From contig CAZLBC010000017.1 of assembly GCA_964557575.1 (NCBI GenBank), positions 4,227 to 68,226 on the forward strand: DNA of 64,000 nucleotides. Direction: 5' to 3'. The stretch is from an uncultured Planctomycetaceae bacterium. GTDB lineage: Bacteria; Planctomycetota; Phycisphaerae; SM23-33. Positions 29,501 to 37,796 of this stretch are shown piece by piece. How positions within the stretch are numbered: position 1 is the first letter of the stretch; each line of letters begins with the position of its first letter. The notes under the pieces are model-generated. The model made no database searches and had not been told where the DNA came from. It saw only the letters and a list, made by a program, of their open reading frames with translations. The translations under genes were made by a program, and so were the position numbers.

Positions 29501-29853
29501 ATAAGCGGTCTGGAAAGAAGCGGAACAAACGCATGGACAACTACGCCTGGCAGAACGACTGCCGCCTGCACGTCAGGTCCATGGTGCTGTCGAAAGACAA
29601 GGTGCTTGTGGCCGGTACGAAGGACATACTCCGCACGGAAGATATGTCGCGTGAGACCATAGCGAAACAGGAGAAGCTGCTGGGGGGCAACGAGGAGCAG
29701 TATTTTGAGATATACTCCAAGGAGGACGGAAAAAAGATCGCCGGTTACACGCTTCCCGGAAAGCCGATTTACGACGGCATGTCGATAGCGCGGGGGTACG
29801 TGTTTATTTCCACGGAAGACGATGAAATCCTGTGTTTCGGACCCGGCAAGTGA
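26581..29853 (+). CDS. Large secreted methyltransferase-like + PQQ-like beta-propeller protein (paralog B, visibly lower GC)
   Basis: Same architecture and motifs as paralog A (GGIYVQIGC, LPYISDTVNL, HHHRC...RGNC...PANG...HSCGC). Confidence 0.8.
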   Translation: MKTVHGFIVMLSVAGTASAAAGAEACGVDGGIYVQIGCDDPDALTALKADNCIVQGLATDQVKVLTARRAIAAKGMYGPVSAEVYDGTALPYISDTVNLLVVACDKCAVPVEEIQRVLCPGGVALVKGKKIVKPVPGNTSDWGHFLYDASGNAVSPDTAVDVPYNIQWKGGPKWARSHDRLSSLCSLVSSDGKIFYIFDEGMTEDFYYPPRWNMICRDAYNGIVLWKRDVGKWEDHWRAFRSGPTQLNRRVVSAGDKVYASLGLGQPIQVIDAANGKTIRTLKGTEGAEDIIEKDGVLYLIALPFDGEPADYQSMFKGRSRPGLQKKIMAVDTSTGTILWAKNDKDTLGILPVTLIVDKNNVYFQSRNTVIALDKKTGKQKWKTLRRSAESRPSNFTPALLVYKDVVISVDNLPGSGKVKKKGNMPAEGELREQENILWSFSAGATSIKGELVAMDAETGKKLWTTDAMAAYGAQMDCFVVNDLVYVGKKARRHTADFEQAHDYRTGEVRNEIQTASAFTRTHHHRCWRNKATCRYIIMGRTGIELIGFDGTLAMQNAYIRGNCEYGIMPANGMIYAPPHSCGCYIQVKLSGFFAFSPKDKNPLAGQKPENKLAKGPAFARVSGPGKNAASDWPTYRCDAARSGGTASPVGSDLKLIWKKKLPGRITASVVAGNSVFVAARDSHVLHALDRARGKTEWEFRAGARIDSPPTIIGNTLYFGSRDGWVYALIKDSGELAWKFRAAKSDRKNSVYGQLESVWPVHGSVLFLDGAIYFAAGRSSYLDDGLYIYTLDCKTGGILMEKKMWSRNPKTGDQEPNKGHNLPGGLNDILASDGETIFMRDFQMHLDSIPEGYTIKGVLPSNLKPRIHNTAGYLDDTWAHRTYWQYGTKQGSAYGGWKRPGTSTYSGRIMVRDGDDVYGYGRRGLDNDFRSSPKLGFYGKRDIHLYRASVAIQSKSTPTPAPAKKPAKKSKNRNKRSGKKRNKRMDNYAWQNDCRLHVRSMVLSKDKVLVAGTKDILRTEDMSRETIAKQEKLLGGNEEQYFEIYSKEDGKKIAGYTLPGKPIYDGMSIARGYVFISTEDDEILCFGPGK

Positions 29854-29885
29854 ATGTGAAGCAGCAGGATGGCTGAACAGACCGC

Positions 29886-30047
29886 AACTTACTCAAACTG
29901 ACCGATAGAAGATTGCAACTGCAGATGAATAAAGAGGTAAGCCGAAAAAAAAGGAACGGTCCATTCAGGGACCGTCCCTGCTTTTCGGCGCTGCATATAC
30001 AGTAGCAATATCATAGGTGAGGCCGAATCGGTCAGTTTGGGTAACTT
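29886..30047. mobile_element. MITE-like element (162 bp) bounded by ~21-bp imperfect terminal inverted repeats
   Basis: aacttactcaaactgaccgat (29886-29906) vs atcggtcagtttgggtaactt (30027-30047), 2 mismatches; internal hairpin 29941-29989 carries the GGGACCGTCCC motif; no transposase nearby. Confidence 0.5.
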
Positions 30048-30106
30048 ATAGGCGCGAGGTGCAACAGTCATTTTGAGCCTCCGGTGAGGTATGGACGGAT
30101 GAGAGG

Positions 30107-33100
30107 ATGACAATGAATCGAGTACTGCTGATGTTGCTTGTCGCCGTCATGGCGGTGTCGCCCTGCACACCGGCTGAATCAACAGACCCGGCATCCGGGT
30201 TCAAAAACCCGCCGCGCGAGGCGGGCGTGCGCTGCTGGTGGTGGTGGCTCAACAGCAACGTGACGAAGGAAGCCATCACGCGCGACCTCGAGGCGATGCA
30301 CGATAAGGGCTTCAGCGGCGCGATGATTTTCGACGCCGGCACTGAGCTTCGCTGGGGGCCCGACAGGAACGTTCCCAACGGGCCACGGTACGCGAGTCCG
30401 GCATGGACGAAGTTGTATCTGCATGCGTTGAAAGAAGCCAGGCGCCTGGGGCTGAAACTGGGGCTTTCCATCCAGAGCGGCTGGAATCTCGGCGGGCCGA
30501 TGGTGACCCTCGACGACACGGCGAAGCAGTTGACGTGGTCGGAGATCACGATCACCGGGCCCGCCGCGATCACGCGAAAGCTCCCCGTTCCAAAGCACAA
30601 TTACAAGTATTACCGCGATATCTGCGTGCTGGCCTATCCGAATAAGCGCGAGGCCCCCCATCAGCCTTTCAAAATACGCGCGAGTTCGTCACAGCGGAAT
30701 TTCCCCGCGTCCAGGGCGGCGGACGGAGACGGCGACACGTTCTGGGTAAGTGCCGGGAAGAAACCCGGAGAAGGCCCGACCCCCGCATCGCCGGAATGGA
30801 TCGAGTTTACTCTCGACAAGCCCGCGGTCGTATCCGGGCTGCACCTGGCGGGTCGAAAAGGCTACGGCCCGAAGGCGTGCCGGGTGACGGTGGACGGCGC
30901 GCGGAACGGCACGAAGGTGTTTGCCCTCAAGGACGGGGCAAACAGGATTTCCTTCGATCCGGTCGAAGGACAATCATTCCGGGTGCTGTTTGAAGGTGCC
31001 TATGATTCCAACTCCCCGGACGCGCCGCGCAACGTGCAACTGGTGACCGTTGGACTGCTGGACACGGACGGAAACAACCTCGTATCGAGAGGGGGCAAAG
31101 CCCGAAAGCCGATCAGCCACCTGGCCGCCAAATCCGGGGCGCGTGAACTGGGCGGGTCGGCGCCCGATTGCCGCTTTCTCCTCAACGATCATCCCGCCGT
31201 TCCCGGCGAAGAAGACACGCTGCCCAACGACATCGTCGCTATCACGGACACGCTGAGCGAAGACGGCACGCTCACGTGGGACGCGCCGGCGGGACGCTGG
31301 ACGGTCCTGCGCATCGGTTACACGCCGACACGCGCGCACGTAAAGACCTCGAGCGACAACTGGAAGGGCCACGTGCTCGACTATCTCAGCAAGGACGCCT
31401 TCGACCGCTACTGGTATGACGTGGTCGATCCGCTGTTGAAGAAGGCCGGGCCGATGGCCGGGACGGTCCTGACGCAACTGGAGACCGACAGTTGGGAATG
31501 CGGCGGCATGAACTGGAGTGCCAATTTCGCGCGGGACTTCACGGCATACTGCGGGTACGACATCCTCAAGTATCTGCCGGTCGTCGCCGGCAAGATCGTC
31601 GAGAGCCGCGCCGTCAGCAACGCGTTCCTCGCCGACCTCAGGAAGACGATCGGACACCTGGTATCGGAAAAACATTACCGGACGTTCGCCGAACACGCGG
31701 CACGCTACAACATGGGGATTCAGCCGGAGTGTTCCGGCCCGCATGCCGCGCCGCTCGACGGTATCAAGAACTACGCGCACAACGATATCGTCATGAGCGA
31801 GTTCTGGATACCGTCTCCGCACCGGCCCGATCCCGAAAACCGCTTCTTTGTCAAGCAGGCGTCGTCGGCCGCGCACATCTACGGCAAGAAGATTGTCGGT
31901 GCGGAGTCTTTCACGTCACTGAAAAAACCGCACTGGGCCGTCACGCTGTGGTCCGACCTCAAGCCGGCCATGGATTTCGAATACTGCGAAGGTCTGAACA
32001 TGATCTTCTTCCATACCTTCACCTGCTCGCCGAAGGAGATGGGCGTGCCGGGCCAGGAATACTTTGCCGGCACCCACGTCAACCCGCAGGTTACCTGGTG
32101 GGACTATTCGGACACCTTCATGGATTACATGAACCGTATCCAGCGTGTGGTTCAGCAGGGCACGTTCGTGGCCGACGTGCTGTATTACTACGGCGATCAC
32201 GTGCCGAACATCGCGGTAAACAAGGGATTCAACCGGGCGGGGGCACTGCCCGGGTATGATTACGACGTCACCAACGAAGATGTCCTCCTGCAGTTGGCGG
32301 TCGTCGACGGCGCGGTCGTGGTTCCCGGGGGGATCCACTACCGCGTTCTGGTGCTTCCCGACCACAAGGTGCTTTCCCTGGCGGCACTGGAAAAGGTCCA
32401 GGAACTGCTTGAGAAAGGGGCAACGGTCATCGGGCCGAAACCCGCGCGGCTGGTCAGCCTGGTCGGCGGCGCGGCGGCACAGCGAACGTTCCACGCACTG
32501 GCCGACGAACTCTGGGGCGAGAACCCCGCCGCAACGGGAACACAAGCAGCGGGCGAAGGGACCCTTGTCTGGGGGCGGACATCACGCGCATTCCTGCAGA
32601 GCGACGGTGTCGCCCCCGATTTCGCGGTGGTCGGCGCGAAGAAACAACTGGACTATCAGTACATCCATTACACGGTAGACGGCGCGGACGTGTATTTCGT
32701 GTGCAACCAGACCGCGCAGCCAAAACAGGTCACGTGCGCGTTCCGGGTATCCGGCAGGCAGCCGGAACGGTGGGATCCCGTGACCGGGGATATCACCGCG
32801 GCGCGAGCCTTCGAGCAGGCGGACGGCAGGACGTTTGTCCCGTTGGCGTTTGATCCCTTCGGCTCCTGCCTGGTGGTGTTCAAGAACGCCGTCCCCGTCA
32901 CGAAGAACGGCACGGAACGTTCGAACCATCCCGTCCGCGAAACCGCCTGCGCGATCACGGGACCGTGGCAGGTCGGGTTCGACCCTGCATGGGGCGGCCC
33001 GGCGTCGGTTGTATTCAAAGAACTGACGGATTGGACACGCCATACCGACACGGGAATCAAATACTACTCCGGCGCGGCAACGTATGCCACCGCGTTTGAC

Positions 33101-33427
33101 ATAACGCCGGATACCGGGAAGCGTTACTGGCTGCAACTGAACCGGGTAGCGGATGTCGGCATTGCCGCCGTTACACTCAACGGCAAGGATGCCGGCATCA
33201 CCTGGACCAGTCCGTTCCGCGTGGACATCACCGATGAACTCACGGCCGGGAAGAACAGGCTCGATGTAACCGTGGTCAATTCCTGGCAGAACCGCCTGAT
33301 CGGCGACCGCGGCGCGCCGCGGGAGAAGCGTTACACGCAGACGAATATCAAGATCCGCAGCGACTGGAAGCTGCGGCCTTCGGGGCTCCTGGGACCGGTA
33401 GTGGTGCTTGCGGAAAAAGCACGGTGA
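30107..33427 (+). CDS. GH106 alpha-L-rhamnosidase-like glycoside hydrolase with an inserted discoidin (F5/8) domain
   Basis: F..PPREA..RCWWWWLN.NVTKEAITRDLE.M, DSWE, GAESFT, C-terminal L.PSGLLGPV. Confidence 0.88.
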   Translation: MTMNRVLLMLLVAVMAVSPCTPAESTDPASGFKNPPREAGVRCWWWWLNSNVTKEAITRDLEAMHDKGFSGAMIFDAGTELRWGPDRNVPNGPRYASPAWTKLYLHALKEARRLGLKLGLSIQSGWNLGGPMVTLDDTAKQLTWSEITITGPAAITRKLPVPKHNYKYYRDICVLAYPNKREAPHQPFKIRASSSQRNFPASRAADGDGDTFWVSAGKKPGEGPTPASPEWIEFTLDKPAVVSGLHLAGRKGYGPKACRVTVDGARNGTKVFALKDGANRISFDPVEGQSFRVLFEGAYDSNSPDAPRNVQLVTVGLLDTDGNNLVSRGGKARKPISHLAAKSGARELGGSAPDCRFLLNDHPAVPGEEDTLPNDIVAITDTLSEDGTLTWDAPAGRWTVLRIGYTPTRAHVKTSSDNWKGHVLDYLSKDAFDRYWYDVVDPLLKKAGPMAGTVLTQLETDSWECGGMNWSANFARDFTAYCGYDILKYLPVVAGKIVESRAVSNAFLADLRKTIGHLVSEKHYRTFAEHAARYNMGIQPECSGPHAAPLDGIKNYAHNDIVMSEFWIPSPHRPDPENRFFVKQASSAAHIYGKKIVGAESFTSLKKPHWAVTLWSDLKPAMDFEYCEGLNMIFFHTFTCSPKEMGVPGQEYFAGTHVNPQVTWWDYSDTFMDYMNRIQRVVQQGTFVADVLYYYGDHVPNIAVNKGFNRAGALPGYDYDVTNEDVLLQLAVVDGAVVVPGGIHYRVLVLPDHKVLSLAALEKVQELLEKGATVIGPKPARLVSLVGGAAAQRTFHALADELWGENPAATGTQAAGEGTLVWGRTSRAFLQSDGVAPDFAVVGAKKQLDYQYIHYTVDGADVYFVCNQTAQPKQVTCAFRVSGRQPERWDPVTGDITAARAFEQADGRTFVPLAFDPFGSCLVVFKNAVPVTKNGTERSNHPVRETACAITGPWQVGFDPAWGGPASVVFKELTDWTRHTDTGIKYYSGAATYATAFDITPDTGKRYWLQLNRVADVGIAAVTLNGKDAGITWTSPFRVDITDELTAGKNRLDVTVVNSWQNRLIGDRGAPREKRYTQTNIKIRSDWKLRPSGLLGPVVVLAEKAR

Positions 33428-34671
33428 TGCGGGTGAGAATGAAGATGAAACGTCCTGCGGTCATGGTGCTCACGCTCGCCGCGATCAGCGGGTTTGCGGA
33501 GAGCGACGACGGCGCGGCGCTGGAGACGGCATTCGCCGCCCCGCCGGACGCGGCGCGCCCGTGGGTCTACTGGACCTGCCAGGACGGACACTATTCCATC
33601 GAGGGAACCACCGCGGACCTTGAATCGATGAAGAAAGCCGGCATCGGCGGGGTGCTGCGGATGGATTGCGATGTCAACATCCCGTTCGGCGGCACGCCCT
33701 ACCTCAGCGAGATATGGCGCAGGCAGTTTGTCCACGCCGTTCACGAATGCCGCCCTGGCGACTGCGCGCAGACCGTCCGTCCGGGCCGGTCACCACCACG
33801 CTGTACCCCGGGTACGAGACGACCGCGGCCATACTGGCGGAGAGGGGTATTCCCGCGGACTTCCAATCCGACGGGCCGGTGCGCTACAGCCACCGCCGGA
33901 CCGGCCGCCGGGATATCTATTTCGTGGCCAACACCACGGGCGAAACGGTGAAGGCACGCTGCGATTTCCGCGCGCCCCGGGGCGATCCGCAGCTCTGGGA
34001 TCCCGTGACGGCCGCGATCAGGGCCCTGCCGCAGTTCGAGCGCCGGGAAAAGGTCACGGCCGTGCCGCTGACTTTCGAGCCGTACCAGAGTTTCTTCGTT
34101 GTGTTCCCCCCGCACGGACCCGTCAAGGGAGCCGGCATCCGCGGGTGGCGTGAATTTCCCCGGAACGGTGCCCGTTGCAACGCTGGAAGGCGCCTGGGAA
34201 GTCGCTTTTGATCCCGCATGGGGCGGCCCCGAACACCTCACGTTCCCCCGGCTCCAGGACTGGACGAAGCGCGCGGAACCCGGCATCAGGTATTATTCGG
34301 GCATGGCCACATACCGCAAGACGTTTGAAGCCCCGAACATACCGGACGGGAGGGCTTACCTCGACCTGGGCACCGTCCATGAGATGGCAGCGGTCTCGCT
34401 GAACGGGAAGAAGCTGGGCGTGGTATGGTGTGCCCCCTGGCGGGTCGACATCACGGACGCCCTGAAGGCTAAAGACAACCGGCTGGAGATCACGGTGGCC
34501 AACCTCTGGAGAAACCGGCTGCTCGGCGACCGGAAACTGCCCGAAACGAAGCGCTTGACACGAACGGCGTTGCGGTACCGCGCCCGCGGTGAGTTGTTAC
34601 CCTCCGGTCTCATCGGCCCGGTAGTCATTGAAGCCGGTACGGCAACCGGGCATTCAAGCCGAGGTCCTTGA
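33427..34671 (+). pseudogene. Second GH106 gene, with a large internal deletion and frameshifts
   Basis: N-terminus (F.APPDAARPWVYW...TADLESMKKAGIGG) in one frame; middle (DIYFVAN, PQLWDPVT) and C-terminus (YYSGMATY, LLPSGLIGPV) in two other frames; about 1.2 kb in total versus 3.3 kb for the neighbour. Confidence 0.85.
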
Positions 34672-34759
34672 AAACGATCGGGGAGATCGGAAAATCGTAC
34701 AGTCATTTCGACCGTGAAATGATCACAAATGTAACACTGACATTAATGGGAGACTATCG

Positions 34760-35932
34760 ATGAGACATTCGACAGCATTCGCTACAATCACACTCGCCCT
34801 ATCCGTATTCACGTGTGCCGCCGGCGCTGAGCCGTTCAGCCCCACCGCCAAGCTTGAGGGGGCAGGACCTGCTCTGGCGTTCTCGCCTGACGGTTCGCTC
34901 CTCGCACGCGCTGGTAACAAGATGATCCGGTTCCTTGACACGAAGACGTGGTCGGTTATTCGAGAGATCGATACAGCTGAGAAAATTGGCGGTTTTGCAC
35001 ATCCGACCCGCCACCGCGACAACCTTGCCTTCTCTCCCGACGGCAAGCTCCTGGCCGCAGTGACGGAGGTCGGCAACCGCACGCGGATATCCAGCGTGAA
35101 CATCGTGGGTTTCTGGGACATCAAGTCGGGACGGCGAGTTAACGAGGTGTTGGACCAGGAGTTGATCCGTTTGAATAAGGAAAAGAAACTTCCTGAGTAC
35201 AATCTCTCGTGGGTGGCATTCCATCCAAGCGGCAAGCTGGTCTATGCCGCTAACAGCAGCGGAATGCCGGTCATCGCCTGGAAGACAGGACAGCCCGTAA
35301 AATCGGGCAAATTGAAGGACCATACATGGGGAGGCGGTCCCGTCCAGCGAATCGTCATGTCGACCAAGGGTAGCGCCATCGCGTTTGGCTGTACTATGAA
35401 GACAATGCTTGTGCGCGTTTCTGGAGGTCGATTGTTGACACCATCGCCCATCCCGGCGACTGGCTCTATCGGCTTCTCCGCAAACGGTAACGTATTGGCA
35501 GTAGCTGGTTTTTGCGGCGAATTCAGAAGTCCGTCACCCGGCCGACCGAAGAAAAGACCACCAGGCATGAGACGCAATCCTAAGGTCCCTCCAGCGAGTC
35601 GTCATTCACCACCGTCAAGTGCCAAGGATACCGCGACCCTCACGGTGTGGAACGTGAACCCCGGCAAGCTCATTGAAAAATGTGAGCAGTCCATGCCCAT
35701 GACTGCAGTGGCGGTTTCACCAAAGGGCGATTATGTCGCCGTCGGCGATAAGTCAGGACGCATCAGGCTCTGGTGCGTGTCGGCAAAGCGTGTAGTCGCG
35801 GAATCGGACAGCTTCCGTGGCAGTAACGTCCACATTCACACACTCCAGTTCCATCCAAAAGGAAAGTGGCTCGTGTCGTCCGGCTCTCCGAGGATGGCAT
35901 GCCGCTGGGACGTGTCCCAATGGGTACCATAG
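34760..35932 (+). CDS. Secreted WD40-repeat protein
   Basis: LAFSPDG x2, VAFHPSG, VAVSPKG, IRLW, LQFHPKG...WDV; signal peptide. Confidence 0.85.
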   Translation: MRHSTAFATITLALSVFTCAAGAEPFSPTAKLEGAGPALAFSPDGSLLARAGNKMIRFLDTKTWSVIREIDTAEKIGGFAHPTRHRDNLAFSPDGKLLAAVTEVGNRTRISSVNIVGFWDIKSGRRVNEVLDQELIRLNKEKKLPEYNLSWVAFHPSGKLVYAANSSGMPVIAWKTGQPVKSGKLKDHTWGGGPVQRIVMSTKGSAIAFGCTMKTMLVRVSGGRLLTPSPIPATGSIGFSANGNVLAVAGFCGEFRSPSPGRPKKRPPGMRRNPKVPPASRHSPPSSAKDTATLTVWNVNPGKLIEKCEQSMPMTAVAVSPKGDYVAVGDKSGRIRLWCVSAKRVVAESDSFRGSNVHIHTLQFHPKGKWLVSSGSPRMACRWDVSQWVP

Positions 35933-35994
35933 AGGTAGGCTTGCTACCGTTCCGCAGCCCGGGGAAGTTCACCATTAAAGCCCCCACCGGAAAT

Positions 35995-36093
35995 AAAAAA
36001 CGCCGGGAGCAGGCCCGGGCGGACACGAATTGCGAATCCCTCCAGTCTTTTCGCAACTCGTTTTACCGTCCGGCCCGGCCTGCCTGCCCGGCG
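35995..36093 (-). terminator. Long GC-rich hairpin followed by a U6 tract (minus strand)
   Basis: Arms 36001-36036 and 36050-36093; A-run on the plus strand at 35995-36000. Confidence 0.65.
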
Positions 36094-36139
36094 CCAGAAC
36101 CCTCCTCTTCTGCATCTTCGTCTGCGTCTCCCTCGTATA
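35995..36139 (-). ncRNA. Candidate sigma54-dependent small RNA (~145 nt)
   Basis: Predicted start about 12 nt downstream of a -24/-12 promoter; purine-rich 5' segment; long hairpin 36001-36093 with loop AAGACUGGAGGGA; ends in U6; no convincing ORF. Confidence 0.5.
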
Positions 36140-36149
36140 CTATATGTTG

Positions 36150-36166
36150 AGCAAACGGTGTGCCAA
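36150..36166 (-). promoter_or_regulatory. sigma54 (-24/-12) promoter
   Basis: TTGGCAC-ACCGT-TTGCT, with GG and GC exactly 10 nt apart. Confidence 0.7.
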
Positions 36167-36284
36167 AACTAACTTAAAACACGTTCGTCGATCGTATAAT
36201 TTCATATCTAACTGTAATATAAAGTTTTATATTTTATTTCCAACTGCATTTTTCGCCCGATCATTTCGCCGAACCTTGAAAAGT

Positions 36285-36328
36285 GGGGAAATGTACCCGG
36301 TTTTTTTACCCACCTGGGTACATTTCCC
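36285..36328. promoter_or_regulatory. Palindromic candidate upstream activator sequence (bEBP site) 1
   Basis: ggggaaatgtaccc-N17-gggtacatttccc; 120-165 bp upstream of the sigma54 site with an AT-rich tract between; overlaps the region just after the PPC gene stop. Confidence 0.55.
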
Positions 36329-36366
36329 ACCCCATACCATCGTCGTCATCGTTCAGGCGTTCGATC

Positions 36367-37605
36367 TTACCTTCCCGCGAATGCGAGTATCCGGGCGGCC
36401 GATTCGCAGCCGCCCCGGTCGCTGATCCTGAGGATGACGTTCCCCGACGCCGCCTGGTCGAGGGGAACCCGCCAACTGACGCTTCCACTGCTTGCCGGAA
36501 GCACGGCCAGCCGGTTCCAGGTCCGGCCGGTATCCCACGAGACCTCGATAACGACCGTGCGAATATCGGCCGCGGCGTCCCAGCGAACCAGGTAGGTCCC
36601 GCCCGGAGCGACCGTCGCGTCCGCGGCCGGCCCGATGATACGGATCCGGTCGGCCGCCGCGGTCGGCGGATCAGGTTCGAGCCGGTCGGGAGCGGGGCGC
36701 AGACGCCGGTTGGTATCCTCGATCACCGCGGCCAGCGAGACATCTTCGAATGCCGGATCGCCGACGAGCCGGGCGTAATACGTACCGCTCACCGGCCGTG
36801 AAATCGTGACCGCCTGGACGGTGCCGTCGCGGCTCGATGCGTGGTCGTTATCCGCGACGGTCGGCAGGGCCTCGCGGCTGACCAGCAGCCGGCAGTTACC
36901 CCTGCCGCCGCGGGTCAGGAAGGCGACCCCGCGGGCGTTGCGGGGAACCTCCACGCGAAAAAAGTCGGTGCACCGGCGGCCGCCGCAGAGGTCGTCGACC
37001 CGCCGCCCCGACCGCAGCGTCGTGAGCCTGATACCCCGCGCGTCGAGGCGATCGTCGCGATCGCGGTAACGGTCACGGTAGCGATCATCGTCATCGTCAT
37101 CATCATCGCCGCCGCCCCGGGAGGCAGCCAGTTCGCAGAGCCCGCCGATAATGGCCGGCGCCGCACGGGCTATCATGTCACCCGCACCGGGACCGCGTGG
37201 GACGTTGTACCGGGCGACCAGCCGCGCGCCGGCCCCGTACGCCGTGACCCCCTGGACGAGGATCTGCCAGCGGCCGGGCGCGGGGTTGTGAACACATACC
37301 GTCTCGTTGTTTCCCGGGTTCATGCTGGCCGGCCGCCACGGGTGGCCGGCGTGCCTGACGCGCAGGGTCAGGTTGCCGGCGCCGCCGTGCGTCTGGACCT
37401 CGAAGTAGTCCGCGCCGCGGGGGACGTCGATGTGTGCCCACCGCGAGCTGCCGGCCGGGCCGTGTATGGCGATCGGCCGATCGTGTCTCAGCCGCACGCC
37501 CTGGGACCGGGCGGTTTCAGGGAACAGGGAAACGACGGCTATCGATGCGGCCGCCGCAACGAGAAACAACCCTTTACGCGCTGCAAACATCATTTCCGCA
37601 CTCAT
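36367..37605 (-). CDS. Secreted protein with two PPC (pre-peptidase C-terminal) domains, an Asp/Arg-rich linker and a C-terminal Ig-like domain; no protease domain
   Basis: THGGAGNLTL...GNNETV...P.PGRW.I.V.G and TRGGRGN..L...G..QAVTI..P.SGTYY.RL.G repeats; AAAGGAG RBS; signal-like N-terminus. Confidence 0.7.
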   Translation of the reverse strand: MSAEMMFAARKGLFLVAAAASIAVVSLFPETARSQGVRLRHDRPIAIHGPAGSSRWAHIDVPRGADYFEVQTHGGAGNLTLRVRHAGHPWRPASMNPGNNETVCVHNPAPGRWQILVQGVTAYGAGARLVARYNVPRGPGAGDMIARAAPAIIGGLCELAASRGGGDDDDDDDDRYRDRYRDRDDRLDARGIRLTTLRSGRRVDDLCGGRRCTDFFRVEVPRNARGVAFLTRGGRGNCRLLVSREALPTVADNDHASSRDGTVQAVTISRPVSGTYYARLVGDPAFEDVSLAAVIEDTNRRLRPAPDRLEPDPPTAAADRIRIIGPAADATVAPGGTYLVRWDAAADIRTVVIEVSWDTGRTWNRLAVLPASSGSVSWRVPLDQAASGNVILRISDRGGCESAARILAFAGR

Positions 37606-37658
37606 CACACATCTCCTTTCACGTACACACTGCAAATGCCCCCACCTGTTATAAGATT

Positions 37659-37675
37659 CGCAACGTCCGTGCCAA
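37659..37675 (-). promoter_or_regulatory. sigma54 (-24/-12) promoter of the PPC gene
   Basis: TTGGCAC-GGACG-TTGCG, near-consensus; predicted start about 43 nt before the ATG. Confidence 0.8.
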
Positions 37676-37796
37676 ACGAGCGAGCCCTGCCCAAAATAAC
37701 TGCGATGCGATAATTAAGTGTATTTATTTAAAGCAATTAAACGATTTCCCCTTTCCCGTTGCGTGATACGATTCCCCCGCAAGAGCGACGTAAAAC

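Noticed and set aside
23135-29853. Identical 1090-aa length taken as an assembly duplication
   Set aside because: The nucleotide and protein sequences are clearly divergent, so the equal length is not an artefactual copy
36001-36093. Hairpin considered as SRP RNA or 6S RNA
   Set aside because: Lacks the SRP domain IV motif (CAGG...GGAA...GCAG) and is too short for 6S, with no central bubble of the expected size
35975-36115. 46-codon minus-strand ORF (MQKRRVLAP...) within the candidate sRNA
   Set aside because: Its stop lies beyond the U6 terminator, it runs through the hairpin, and its RBS spacing is poor; not excluded without ribosome profiling
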